From Candidatus Brocadiia bacterium (GTDB lineage Bacteria; Planctomycetota; Brocadiia; SM23-32): DNA of 64,000 nucleotides. The notes under the pieces were generated by a model that was given only the letters and a program-made list of their open reading frames with translations, did not search any database and was not told where the DNA came from. This document shows, one piece after another, positions 1 to 9,816 of this stretch. The position numbers and the translations under genes are program-made. The DNA is taken from the NCBI GenBank assembly GCA_046538485.1, contig JBKHIT010000007.1, forward strand, positions 48,165 through 112,164, written 5' to 3'. Position 1 is the first letter of the stretch. Every line of letters starts with the position of its first letter.

Positions 1-233
1 CGCAGCTCGGGACCGGTTGTCACAGGGGGGATACCTACTTCAATTATCTCTATTGTGACAGTCACGTCGAGACGCTTTTTGCGCTGGAGACGGACCGGCG
101 CGATTTCTGGCAGTGTTTTGGGGACCCACTCCACGACTGGTCGGTGGAGACGGGGGATTGAAGCCGGGATGTAAATGTGATCGAATGTTCCATGCACGGA
201 ATTGCCCCGCGCTTTCTGAAAGGATTCGAAAAC

Positions 234-3200
234 ATGTTTTCAGGTCGTTCTATAGCTTTTTCTTTGTTCTTTGTGCTGGTTCTGGTTTCGGTTTCTTCCC
301 TGCTGGCCGACTCAGGGAGGGGGCGTCATAAGAAAATCTACGCTGTCCCGACTCCCGGCACGGTGAAGATCGACGCCCGCCTGGACGACTGGGATTTCAG
401 CGGTCATGTCAACTGCTACATCCGTTCCGAAACGCGGGAAGAGAAAAGCGCCGATTTCGCGGTGATGTATGACGACGAAGCGCTCTATCTCGGGGCCAGA
501 GTTCTTGATCCTTCTCCGATGCTGAACCATCACAGCCCGGAGGCCGACGCGGATAAAGCCTGGATGGGGGACTGCTGCCAGTTCCGTCTCGTCACGGATC
601 GCACGTTGCCTTTTCCGTTCCTGCGGGGAGCCCTGGGAAACGCCAATAAAGGGGCTGAAGAAGGACAGCCCCTTCATTTGATGTTGTGGTATTTCACCGA
701 CGAGAAAAAGCCGGCCCTTCAGGTCCACAAGAGTTTTGCCATGGAACCCGTGCGGAAGGAGTGGGCTCCCCACGGAGTCGTCCCGGCGACTCATTTTGAC
801 GCCGCGTACCGGAAACATCCGGAAGGGAAATCCTATACCTTCGAATATCGAATTCCCTGGTCCAGCCTCAACGCAAAGAAAAAGCATCCCGTCGCCGGCG
901 ACGTTGTCAACGCGACCGTCCAGTTTCTGTGGTCCGGGCCAAACGGACTCAGAGCAAAAGGGGGAGTGGTCTACGACGTCATGAGCCGGGGCGGATTCCC
1001 CTGGCAGACCTCCGGGGTCTGGGGCAAGATGGTGATGAGGAGCGAAGGCAACGTTGATCGCAAATGGGTCGAACCGTTCGAACCGCCAAAGCCCCCGCGC
1101 CCGCTCGAATTTGAATACGACCTCCCCGAGGACGGCGTCGTTTCCGTCGCGCTTTACAAAGACAAGAAAATCGTGCGGCATATCGTCGCAGAGGGCAAGA
1201 GAAAAGCGGGTCACGTCGTGGAGAAGTGGAACGGTCGCGACCGACGCGGCGAACCTTTGCCCACGGGCACCTACCGCTGGAAAGGGCTCTACCACGATCC
1301 CATCACAACCCGTTACGTAATGTCGGTCGGGAATTCCGGCAATCCCCCGTACAAGACAGCGGACGGGACGGGCGGTTGGGGAGGCGATTACGGTCCGCCG
1401 TCCGCAGCCTGTGTTGCCGGTGACAGGATGATTCTGGGTTGGACCGCCCACGAAAACGGTTGGGGGATCATCGCCACCGATCTGGACGGAAACAAGATAT
1501 GGGGAGCCAAACAGAAAAACGCCGCGTTCCTCGCCACAGATGGCAACCGGTTTTTTGCCCCGGCCGAGCGTGGCGGCAAACGGATCAACGTCTACGCGGT
1601 TAAAAACGGTCAACCACTGGTCTACGGCAACGGTTTGCAGGGCCTGAAGCCCCCTGAAACGGAAAAGAAGGACGTCTCCACAAAGCCGACCGGCGTGGGG
1701 TATGCCCGGGGTAAGTTGTATGTCAGTTACCGCGAACTCAACACCATCGGCGTATACGATGCGGACGAGGGAAATCTGGGGGCCACGTGGAACGTAAAGA
1801 GCCCGGGCCGCATTGCGGCTTCTGGTGAGGGCGGGATCCTCGTTATCAGCGGGACAAGGCTCGTGCGGGTGAAAGATGGGAAGCCGGAGGATTTTGCGAC
1901 CACGCATATCGATGAACCCGCCGGGGTGGCGATCGGCCCCAGGGGCAAAGTGTATGTGGCCAATCACGGCAAACTTCAGAGTGTAAGCGTATTTACGCCC
2001 GAAGGGAAATACCTCCGGAGCATCGGCAAGCGCGGGGGACGTCCTCTGGTCGGGCCCTGGGACAAAAAGGGGATGCGGCGTCCCGCCGGTATCGCGGTTG
2101 ACGGCGAAGGGAAACTCTGGGTGCCGGAGGCCATCAATTCTCCCAAACGTTTGAGTGTGTGGCACACTTCGAGCGGGAAATTACTGGAAGAATACTTTGG
2201 TGCATGTTCCTACTCGCCTTTCATGTGGATAGATCCCGCCAACCCGAGCGAAGCGTTTTTCGACAATACGATCTGGGATATCGATCTGGAGAAAGGCACC
2301 TGGTATCCGAAAAGCGTCTTTTATCGGCGCACCTCTCGCAACATGGTGCACAGCGGCAACGGGGGATTTCACAATCCGTTCCGGGTGTTCACGGCGGGGA
2401 ACGGCCATCAATACGCGATTTCAAGCTGGCACGGGTTCGGTCCGGTTCTCTGGATACGGCGCGGCAACCGTTTTCGGCCGACATATTTCATGTTCAAGAA
2501 CCATCCGAATCCGGTTTTGATACCGCGTCCGCCTTTCAAAATTATGAAGGATGAGGAGGAATACCCGCCGGGTCATTACTATTTCTGGGCCGATGAGAAC
2601 AGAGATATGGTGGTTCAAAAGGCGGAGATCACTGAAATCCCCGGTTCCTGGCGCAACCGACCTCCGTATTTCAACTGGATGGATAAAGGTTTGAACCTTT
2701 ACGGCAACGGCGCCGTGTATCGGCCGGGGAGCATCGGCGAGGACGGAGTTCCCGTTTACGATTTTAAAAATCCGGAAAAACTTGACGTGGAGCACAGAAG
2801 CCGACATACCTGGGTTGATCCGGAAGGGAAACGTCTCTGGGGACTCGGAAGAGGCAGCCGCGAGCTGGGGCGGGCCATCAGTCAGTGGGATCTCGGGAGC
2901 GGCAAGATGGAATGGGCCTATCCGCATTTGAAGACCTGGCGCGCGGCGATTAACGAAGGGATTCCGGCGCCCGGCAAATTGATCGGGTCGACCTGCCCCC
3001 TCGGGACGGCCGGCGGGTACACCGGGGTCATAAGCTATTTTGGCACGGCCAATCTCGTGCGAACAAAAGACGGTCTGTTCATGTCGCAGGTTTTTGAGCA
3101 TGGGGCTCGTGGCGGATACGGTCCGAATGTTTTTTACGTTGAATTCCTTGCCGGACAGCTCCTTCAACCCCGCGGTTCGGACCGCTACTATATTCTGGCC

Positions 3201-4022
3201 GGGGATCAGGACTGCCGGATCAATGAGGTGTTGGGGCTTGATACCGTGAAAGATCTGGGCGGGGGAAAATACGAATACACGAGTGAGAAGGCTGGTAAGG
3301 CCGCGAAGGCCTGGAAGGATTATGAGACGAAAATCGCCCGCGGCCAGCCGCTGGCCGTCGGGCGTGGCGGAGAGGACGGGCTTGGTTTCGCGACCAGCGT
3401 TGGCAAGACGTTGGACGAAAAACGTGGATTCAAAGTGCAGGTGACCTACGACCAGAAGAATTTGTACTTCCACTATGAGGTGAAAAGTCCGAGTCCGTTT
3501 GTGAATGGGACGGCCGACCCGAAGTATATTTTCAAAGGAGGGAATCTGCTGGACATTCAGATGGCCACCGATCCGGACGCGGATCCTGAGCGGGAAAAGG
3601 CTGCCCCCGGAGATATCCGGTTATTGATCGGGCGGCGGGACGGCAGAACGCGGGTTGTCATCTACCGTCCGAACGTGGCCGCTTTCAAAGGCGAGCCGAT
3701 TCAGTTCAAATCCCCGGTTGACAGTGAGACGTTCGATTCGATAAAGACCACGAATCGGGTCAGCCTCAAGAATTTCAGAAAGCGGAAAGGTGGATTTGAA
3801 GTTATTGCTGTAGTTCCCCGGCAAATGGTGGGGCTGGATAAACTCAGGCCGGGCACGACTCTCCGCATGGATGTCGGGTACATCTTCGGCAATGCCGGCG
3901 GTACGAACGCGAACCAGAGGGCGTACTGGCACAACAATAGTTTCGAGGCGAATGTAGTGAACGATGTGCCCGATGAGAGCCGACTGGAACCGGATCAGTG
4001 GGGGGAAGTGCTGGTGGAGTGA
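234..4022 (+). CDS. Large secreted modular protein: CBM9-like/DOMON-type sugar-binding domain, FlgD-like Ig domain, NHL/beta-propeller repeats, second CBM9-like domain
   Basis: ORF 177..4022; ATG at 234 preferred (GAAAGGA upstream), followed by a hydrophobic signal peptide. IDARLDDW...YDDEALY at the N-terminus and YDQKNLYF at the C-terminus are CBM9-like; WNGRDRRGEPLPTGTY is FlgD-Ig-like; PAGVAIG...VYVAN and PAGIAVDGEGKLWV are NHL-like. Confidence 0.7.
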   Translation: MFSGRSIAFSLFFVLVLVSVSSLLADSGRGRHKKIYAVPTPGTVKIDARLDDWDFSGHVNCYIRSETREEKSADFAVMYDDEALYLGARVLDPSPMLNHHSPEADADKAWMGDCCQFRLVTDRTLPFPFLRGALGNANKGAEEGQPLHLMLWYFTDEKKPALQVHKSFAMEPVRKEWAPHGVVPATHFDAAYRKHPEGKSYTFEYRIPWSSLNAKKKHPVAGDVVNATVQFLWSGPNGLRAKGGVVYDVMSRGGFPWQTSGVWGKMVMRSEGNVDRKWVEPFEPPKPPRPLEFEYDLPEDGVVSVALYKDKKIVRHIVAEGKRKAGHVVEKWNGRDRRGEPLPTGTYRWKGLYHDPITTRYVMSVGNSGNPPYKTADGTGGWGGDYGPPSAACVAGDRMILGWTAHENGWGIIATDLDGNKIWGAKQKNAAFLATDGNRFFAPAERGGKRINVYAVKNGQPLVYGNGLQGLKPPETEKKDVSTKPTGVGYARGKLYVSYRELNTIGVYDADEGNLGATWNVKSPGRIAASGEGGILVISGTRLVRVKDGKPEDFATTHIDEPAGVAIGPRGKVYVANHGKLQSVSVFTPEGKYLRSIGKRGGRPLVGPWDKKGMRRPAGIAVDGEGKLWVPEAINSPKRLSVWHTSSGKLLEEYFGACSYSPFMWIDPANPSEAFFDNTIWDIDLEKGTWYPKSVFYRRTSRNMVHSGNGGFHNPFRVFTAGNGHQYAISSWHGFGPVLWIRRGNRFRPTYFMFKNHPNPVLIPRPPFKIMKDEEEYPPGHYYFWADENRDMVVQKAEITEIPGSWRNRPPYFNWMDKGLNLYGNGAVYRPGSIGEDGVPVYDFKNPEKLDVEHRSRHTWVDPEGKRLWGLGRGSRELGRAISQWDLGSGKMEWAYPHLKTWRAAINEGIPAPGKLIGSTCPLGTAGGYTGVISYFGTANLVRTKDGLFMSQVFEHGARGGYGPNVFYVEFLAGQLLQPRGSDRYYILAGDQDCRINEVLGLDTVKDLGGGKYEYTSEKAGKAAKAWKDYETKIARGQPLAVGRGGEDGLGFATSVGKTLDEKRGFKVQVTYDQKNLYFHYEVKSPSPFVNGTADPKYIFKGGNLLDIQMATDPDADPEREKAAPGDIRLLIGRRDGRTRVVIYRPNVAAFKGEPIQFKSPVDSETFDSIKTTNRVSLKNFRKRKGGFEVIAVVPRQMVGLDKLRPGTTLRMDVGYIFGNAGGTNANQRAYWHNNSFEANVVNDVPDESRLEPDQWGEVLVE

Positions 4023-4130
4023 GAGGACAGCCTGCCGTTGAAACGTTTAGGGCCGTCGCGGGGCGGGATCTGGGGCTGACGACATCGGCATAGTGTTCGA
4101 AACCCGGCTTGCGTCCAGGCCTTCCCGGAG

Positions 4131-4167
4131 GATTGCTTCGTTAATCTTGCGATGCACTCGCAATGAC
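4131..4167. repeat. Right half of a GTCATTGCGAG...CTCGCAATGAC-type palindromic element
   Basis: GATTGCTTCG...CTCGCAATGAC matches the right arm of the complete element at 48089-48182. Confidence 0.55.
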
Positions 4168-4364
4168 CTATGAAGAGGCATTTCTGGGCTGAATGGGCAG
4201 GGTGAACGCAGTGAACTCGGGGAAACTCTGAGCCCCGACGGGGCTTTTCATAAGAGCCCAGATCGTAGTGGTCTGACAGACTACGAAGGCCCGGGGATGT
4301 GATGTTGCCGGAAAGACGTGGGCTGAAGGTCCATCATAAATCTGCCCCCAAAACACCGTATCGT

Positions 4365-4668
4365 GAGCGGACTGGACTTCAGAACCACTCCCGCGGGGCT
4401 GGAGTTCAGAACGCGGGCAGTTTCGTGCGAGTTGCCATTTTCCAAATTCGTCCGCCTCAAGTCCCGCTTCCTCCGCCATGGCGCACTCAGCTGAACTCGA
4501 GTCTACACTCCACTGAGCAAGCTGGAGTTCAGAACGCAGTCCGGAAGCCTGCTGGTTTCGCGGCGACGGGCTGGCCCGGTGTTTGGTAAGCCCCGCAATT
4601 GGGGAGGCGAACGACAAACGGCAGGTCCGGCTCGGCGATCCAGACCTACAGCCCTCGGGCATTTTCGG
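4365..4668 (+). repeat. Modular palindromic repeat family, copy A (one unit 4365-4504 plus a partial unit 4521-4668)
   Basis: GAGCGGACTGGACTTCAG...GCTGGAGTTCAGAACGCGGGC...TCCGCCTCAAGT...CTCAGCTGAACTCGAGTCT is the reverse complement of blocks at ~35960-36160 and ~60560-60710. 4617-4668 matches the reverse complement of ~36022-36075. Confidence 0.85.
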
Positions 4669-4755
4669 TAACTCGCGACAGTTCTCAGCCTTTGAAGTCT
4701 TCCTGGAACATATTCCCGACCTCACGTATCCGCGATGCCACGTACATGTAGGGCA

Positions 4756-4786
4756 ACCGATTTCATTTTTCGAAGATGAAATCGGT
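4756..4786. terminator. Perfect 11-bp hairpin between convergent genes
   Basis: ACCGATTTCAT-N9-ATGAAATCGGT. Confidence 0.4.
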
Positions 4787-4970
4787 AGAGCACGAGAGAG
4801 TGGAGAGTGGAGAGGAGATACAGAAGCTTCCGCAAAACAAAATGCTCAATAAAGCGCTCTCTCCTGCGGACTCCTTTCACGTCCAGAGAATCGTCGAGGG
4901 CGCCTTGCCGTTTTGCGGAAAAACAGGGGCAATGAGCGGCAAACGGTACCGTATTTCTGCAGCTGACCCC

Positions 4971-6035
4971 TTAGATTTCGACGAGGTCGTATTCCCGGCT
5001 GCCAAGTCCGATTTCCTGTCCGTGGATTAGCTGGGCCTCATAGTGGCTATCCGGCCAGAGAGCGGCGATTGCATCTTTGCCGGCGGTTTCGTTAATCAGG
5101 TCGGTGGAGGCCTGATCGATGGCGACGGGGTCGCGGGAGACGACGATACCGATATCGTCGCAGATCGGGTCCATCTTTTTTCCGGCGCAATTGCAGTCGT
5201 CTGTGATATTCCAGAGGTAGGTGATGAAGGCGACGGAATCCATTTTGTCTTTGAGGATGCCGTAGGCGGATTCGGCCATTTTTTCGTTGAAGTTTTCCGG
5301 GCTTTCACTCCAGGAGAACGAAACGGCGTCGGTAGGGCAGACGGCGAGACATTCACCACAGCCGATGCATTTGTCGTAATCAATCTCGGCGGTTTCGTCG
5401 ACTTCTATTGCGTCGGTGGGGCACCATTCGGCGCAGGTCCCACAACCGATACAGTCTTCAGTTATCTCTGGTTTGCCGGATTCGTGTTGACGCAGTTTAC
5501 CGGCCCGGGATGCCAGTCCCATGGCCACGTTTTTGATGGCGCCTCCGAAACCGGCCAGGTCATGTCCGGTTGCGTGGCTTATAACGAGGGTAGCAGGGAT
5601 CAGCGGGAAATCACCCGCAACGGCGACGGAGTCGAAGTGTTTGAGCCCAACCTCGACTTCGTGGTGAAAGCTACCTTTCAGCCCATCGACGAATATAAGG
5701 GGGCAACCGGTGGTCTCGGGCGCGAAGCCATGATTCAAGGCGGTTTGGAAATGATCAACGGCATTAGCCCTTTGCCCACGGTAAAGTGCGGAGGTTTCGA
5801 TGAAGAAGGGTTTGGCGCCCAGATCTTTAGCGGAGTTAATTATCGGCTGGATGTATTTCGGCGGGATATAGTATTCGTTGCCCATCTCGCCGAAATGAGT
5901 TTTGAGAGCGACGAGTTGACCTTCGGCGCACAGCGAATTCATACCGGATTCTTCAAAAAGTTGCCGCGTTTTTTCACAGATGGAATCGTCATCTTCGTCG
6001 TTTCCGAAGCGTGCGATGTATACTTTGCTTTTCAT
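4971..6035 (-). CDS. DUF362 family protein with 2x[4Fe-4S] ferredoxin domain
   Basis: KTHFGEMGN and HATGHDLAGFGGAIKNVAMG motifs; CIGCGTCAEWCP and CIGCGECLAVCP. Confidence 0.85.
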   Translation of the reverse strand: MKSKVYIARFGNDEDDDSICEKTRQLFEESGMNSLCAEGQLVALKTHFGEMGNEYYIPPKYIQPIINSAKDLGAKPFFIETSALYRGQRANAVDHFQTALNHGFAPETTGCPLIFVDGLKGSFHHEVEVGLKHFDSVAVAGDFPLIPATLVISHATGHDLAGFGGAIKNVAMGLASRAGKLRQHESGKPEITEDCIGCGTCAEWCPTDAIEVDETAEIDYDKCIGCGECLAVCPTDAVSFSWSESPENFNEKMAESAYGILKDKMDSVAFITYLWNITDDCNCAGKKMDPICDDIGIVVSRDPVAIDQASTDLINETAGKDAIAALWPDSHYEAQLIHGQEIGLGSREYDLVEI

Positions 6036-6181
6036 GTCATTCTCCGTGGCGCTTGTGCGAGTTGTGAGTAGATTTAGGTCAAATTCAGGTCAAAACTTGA
6101 TTCGGGAGATAGCGGCCGGTTTGGCGCCGGGATGCTGCGAAGATGGTGCATGTACAGAACTTATTTACTGGGAGATTCCAG

Positions 6182-6568
6182 TTATCCGTCGGTTTGATCT
6201 TCAGTTTGGAGTGCATCGTCGACTGTCGGGAAGATATCGATGAGTTTGTCCAGTTTAGTTAGTTCGAACAGGTCGGCGATCAGTGGCTGAGGATTAACGA
6301 CTTTAACGTAGCCGTCTGTATCTTTGACGGTCCGATAGACGCGCATTATTTGGCCCAGTGCCGAGGAGCCCATAAAACTTACATTGCTCAAATCGAAAAT
6401 GACTTTGTTCTGATTGTTCTCAAAGATTTCGTCGATTTTGCTACTGAGCGCGTCGGCGACGAGTTCATTCACGTGACCGGAGAGCTCGAAAACGAGGGTT
6501 TCTCCCTGTTTTTCGATGTAAATTTCAGAGGGTTCTTCATTTTCAAAGCGGGAGCGCATTGTTTTCAA
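6182..6568 (-). CDS. STAS-domain anti-sigma factor antagonist (RsbV/SpoIIAA-like)
   Basis: VIFDLSNVSFMGSSALG with the phosphoacceptor Ser; ELTKLDKLIDIF; overlaps the stop of the upstream gene. Confidence 0.85.
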   Translation of the reverse strand: MKTMRSRFENEEPSEIYIEKQGETLVFELSGHVNELVADALSSKIDEIFENNQNKVIFDLSNVSFMGSSALGQIMRVYRTVKDTDGYVKVVNPQPLIADLFELTKLDKLIDIFPTVDDALQTEDQTDG

Positions 6569-7980
6569 GACCCCGAATTTTTAGAGTGCCAGGGAGCGTA
6601 TTTTGTCATGGTAACTTTATTGCCTTTTTCATTGTATTCGACCGAATCCATGTACGCTTTCATGAGAGCGACGCCCCGGCCGTAGACGGAGTCGAGTTGT
6701 TTACCGTCGATGGGGTCCGGGATACTTCCCGGATCGAACCCTTCGCCTTCGTCAGCAACCGAAATGATCGTTTTGTTTTCATCAAGGATGAAATTGGTGC
6801 GTACTTTTTTTGTGCTATCAAGTTTGTTCCCGTGTTTGATGGCATTGATGATAGCTTCTTCGAGGGCGAGCTTTACTGCGAAGAGGTATCTCTCGCCATA
6901 ACCTTTAGCGGAGAGCGCGGGGAGTATGACATCTTCCACCCGACTTACTTCCGAAGGAATACTCGGAATAGTAATTTGTTTTTCTTTTGCGCGGCGGTTA
7001 AGCAACTGCAGGGCAAAAATCAAGACGTCATCTTGCGGTTCTTCTGAAATTTGCTCACATATGTTGCTGACGAGCTTTTGCACGGGGAAATCGGCGTTTT
7101 TTTCGAGGAGGTTTTGCAGTTTGTGAATCGCTTCTTCTCGTGCTCTGCTTTCGAACATATCCAGAGCACCATCCGTGTAGAAAAAAAGCTTGTCATTTTT
7201 TTTGAGCTGGATGTTTTTTTCTTCGTATTGTGGATCCTCGAACATTCCCACAAAAAGGCCTTCGCTATCAAGGGATTCTACGATTCCGTCGCGTATGAGA
7301 TAGGGGGGACAATGAGAAGCATTGACGTATCTGAAGGTAAGCATCTCGGTATCGATGAGGCCAAGAAACGCCGTGAGATGGTGGCCGGCAAGGGTGGAGT
7401 CAAGGAGGGCTTTATTCCCCTTTTCCATGATGAGTTTGGGGCTTGACTCTGTGGTGGCGAACGTTCGGAAAGCCATTCGTGCTGTTGCCATAATGACGGC
7501 TGCGGGCAGCCCATGGCCGCTTACGTCTCCGATCATAAGCCCCATCGTTGCGTCAGAAATCTGGATAACGTCATAGAAATCTCCCCCAACGCGTTCGCCG
7601 CTGCGGCATTCGGAAGCGAATTCGACACCTTCAAAATCAGAAAGCCAGAGAGGTCGCATACTTTGCTGGAGTTTCCGGGCGACGGCATTATCCCGCTCCA
7701 AAATCATACTCTGACGTTCAAGTTGTTTGGTGAGAGATTGCTCATCGTTTTCTTCGCCTTGCCCTTCGGCTTTTGAAGTGCGCAGTTTGAGCTGTTTCCG
7801 CAGGTGTTCGACTGTTCGGTGAGCGTCTTGCAGCTCTTCGTTTAGTTTGTGAACGCATTCTTGAAGAGCCCGGGCTTGAGCTGCCAGCATATCTTTCGAC
7901 TGCTGGCCTTTGTCTGGGTTTTCAGGACTTGCCATGCGGAAAAGCGTCCTTTTAAGGAAATCTGTTTGTTTTCCGAGCAC
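6565..7980 (-). CDS. Coiled coil + PP2C/SpoIIE phosphatase + HATPase anti-sigma kinase fusion (RsbU-RsbW-like)
   Basis: VGGDFYD, GDVSGHG, FYTDG and QDD (PP2C); EAIINAIKHGN, DEGEGFD and GRG (RsbW-type HATPase). Exact start uncertain. Confidence 0.85.
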   Translation of the reverse strand: MLGKQTDFLKRTLFRMASPENPDKGQQSKDMLAAQARALQECVHKLNEELQDAHRTVEHLRKQLKLRTSKAEGQGEENDEQSLTKQLERQSMILERDNAVARKLQQSMRPLWLSDFEGVEFASECRSGERVGGDFYDVIQISDATMGLMIGDVSGHGLPAAVIMATARMAFRTFATTESSPKLIMEKGNKALLDSTLAGHHLTAFLGLIDTEMLTFRYVNASHCPPYLIRDGIVESLDSEGLFVGMFEDPQYEEKNIQLKKNDKLFFYTDGALDMFESRAREEAIHKLQNLLEKNADFPVQKLVSNICEQISEEPQDDVLIFALQLLNRRAKEKQITIPSIPSEVSRVEDVILPALSAKGYGERYLFAVKLALEEAIINAIKHGNKLDSTKKVRTNFILDENKTIISVADEGEGFDPGSIPDPIDGKQLDSVYGRGVALMKAYMDSVEYNEKGNKVTMTKYAPWHSKNSGS

Positions 7981-8039
7981 CTATAACAACGACTTTATCC
8001 ATAGACGTGCGGGTCGACAAGAAATATGGTCTAAATGCA

Positions 8040-8070
8040 AGAAGGGAGCCGCTGCTCGCGGCTCCCTTCT
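8040..8070 (-). terminator. Hairpin downstream of the 8142..9440 gene
   Basis: AGAAGGGAGCCGC-TGCTC-GCGGCTCCCTTCT, a perfect 13-bp stem. Confidence 0.55.
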
Positions 8071-8141
8071 GGATCTGAATTACTTGCGTTTTCCGGCACA
8101 AAACCTGCCCGGTCGCTGCACCGGCGCTCCAATAGCAGGCC

Positions 8142-9440
8142 TTAGTCTTCGTTCTCTTCTTCCTCTTGAGCCTGATATTCATCACAGGAATTTTGATGTA
8201 TATGGAGCCCACGAGCCGTGGGGAAGGTTCTGCCGCAAACGCACCTGAATTCTTCTTCTTCTTCTTCTTCCTCCTCCTCCTCCTCCTCTTCGACTTCAGT
8301 TTCCTCTTGTTCAGCTTCTTCTGCCCCTGCTGTTGCTTCAGGAGTTTCTTCTGTAAACTCTTCACCAACCTCAAACTCTTCTTCTTCGGGTTCTTCCTCG
8401 TAGACTTCATCGACATCGATTCGGTCTACATGTTTCCGGAGAAGGAAGCAGACTATGGTGCTCGAAGTGAAGAAGTAGGAAAAAGCATAGGCGGGCACCA
8501 GCCCGCGGACACCGAGCGCGATGATCTGAAGCAGCATCGATGCCACTTTCATACCGGCACTGGTTCCTTCTGGTACTATGTTTTGGAAATCCAGAATTTC
8601 TCTGCCAACAAGACCAATGCTTATTGTTTGGCTCATTATGTGAACGAAAAGTTCTGCCGCGAGAAACGCTACGAGAGTCGTGACCAGTCCGCCCACCAGG
8701 ACGACGAAGTAGTACCCCACGAAACGGTTGAATCCCCAGAGCAGATAACTGTACGCGCTGCTCCAGCCTTCAAAGGCATCTTTACCGCCTATGCTAACAG
8801 CGGGAAACATAAGTCCAAATGTTGCGACGCCAAGAACAATAATGAAGGTCAATATTAGGGTGGAAGGTAGCACGCCAAACGGCAGGAGAATTGCGAGGGC
8901 CCACGGGCCTACAAATGGTATAGAACCGATAAGCCCTGCGATCATGTTACAGAACGCGAAGATCATAATTCCGAACAAGGGGGTGACAGGGGCGAAATAA
9001 TATGCCTTTCTTTTTGAGCGGATCATTTCCAGAGCATCGTGGAGCGTGGGGATATCGTCGCGGGCATACTGGAGCGATGTCAGGCGTGTGATTGCCCCCC
9101 CGCAAACGGACCATACGCCCATCAAAAGCAGATAAAACAAAAGGGAAAAAGCAAAATGCTGCCAACCTGCAGCGAAAGGGTTCAGCAGGGGCAAAACAGC
9201 CATAAGAACACTTTTGCTGTCGCCTTCCATGAATCGGAAAAGCATATTTTCAGGACCTCTGAAATTGCCCATTTGGGCCAACGCAGACGCGGGAGCTTTG
9301 CCAAAATGGACCATGGCAAATACGGCGATCAGTGCTACAGTCGCAAGGGTCGCCACGAAGCCCAGCCACAATTTTTTCGCGTCAACGGCCAGCGAGTGCG
9401 CTGACAGCAAATCTCTCCAATCACCTTTACGCTCTCTCAT
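8142..9440 (-). CDS. Multi-pass membrane protein with poly-Glu linker and C-terminal zinc-finger-like motif
   Basis: Several long hydrophobic segments; GGAG RBS; acidic tail then FRCVCGRTFPTARGLHIHQNSC. Confidence 0.7.
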   Translation of the reverse strand: MRERKGDWRDLLSAHSLAVDAKKLWLGFVATLATVALIAVFAMVHFGKAPASALAQMGNFRGPENMLFRFMEGDSKSVLMAVLPLLNPFAAGWQHFAFSLLFYLLLMGVWSVCGGAITRLTSLQYARDDIPTLHDALEMIRSKRKAYYFAPVTPLFGIMIFAFCNMIAGLIGSIPFVGPWALAILLPFGVLPSTLILTFIIVLGVATFGLMFPAVSIGGKDAFEGWSSAYSYLLWGFNRFVGYYFVVLVGGLVTTLVAFLAAELFVHIMSQTISIGLVGREILDFQNIVPEGTSAGMKVASMLLQIIALGVRGLVPAYAFSYFFTSSTIVCFLLRKHVDRIDVDEVYEEEPEEEEFEVGEEFTEETPEATAGAEEAEQEETEVEEEEEEEEEEEEEEFRCVCGRTFPTARGLHIHQNSCDEYQAQEEEENED

Positions 9441-9556
9441 TGTTTTGCTCCCTATCGGTGTAATTCTGCGTGCAGGGGACCATCATCAGTGTGGGGAGAA
9501 GGGTACACACACGATACATGGTTTGTCAACCGCAAAATGATCCCCGTTATTCCTTT

Positions 9557-9772
9557 TTAACTTTCCGATTCCTCGGGCAAATCGCCGCGTTCGATGCGTT
9601 CGTTGACACATTCCTCAATACGATGTTCCTCTTCAAACCACTTGTCCAAGTCCATAAGTTTACATCGTTTTCCGCAAAAAGGAAAGTAAGGATTCTCATC
9701 CAACCCTGTATAAGTTACTTTTTTCCCGCAGGTGGGACACTTCACAACAGGCGAATTGTCCGATTCTGTCAT
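9557..9772 (-). CDS. yacG: DNA gyrase inhibitor YacG family zinc-binding protein
   Basis: CPTCGK...YFPFCGKRCKLMDLDKW signature; start uncertain (9772 or 9808). Confidence 0.85.
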   Translation of the reverse strand: MTESDNSPVVKCPTCGKKVTYTGLDENPYFPFCGKRCKLMDLDKWFEEEHRIEECVNERIERGDLPEESES

Positions 9773-9816
9773 TTCTGGATGCTGTCCCGTGGGACTTATC
9801 GGTTTCAAGAAAAATG

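Noticed and set aside
107..123. Sigma-54 promoter upstream of the first gene (TGGCAG...TTGG)
   Set aside because: It lacks the invariant GC at -12.
7952..8416. Lys/Arg-rich ORF and Phe/Ser-rich ORFs over the triplet repeat
   Set aside because: They are alternative-frame readings of the poly-Glu tract of the 8142..9440 gene.
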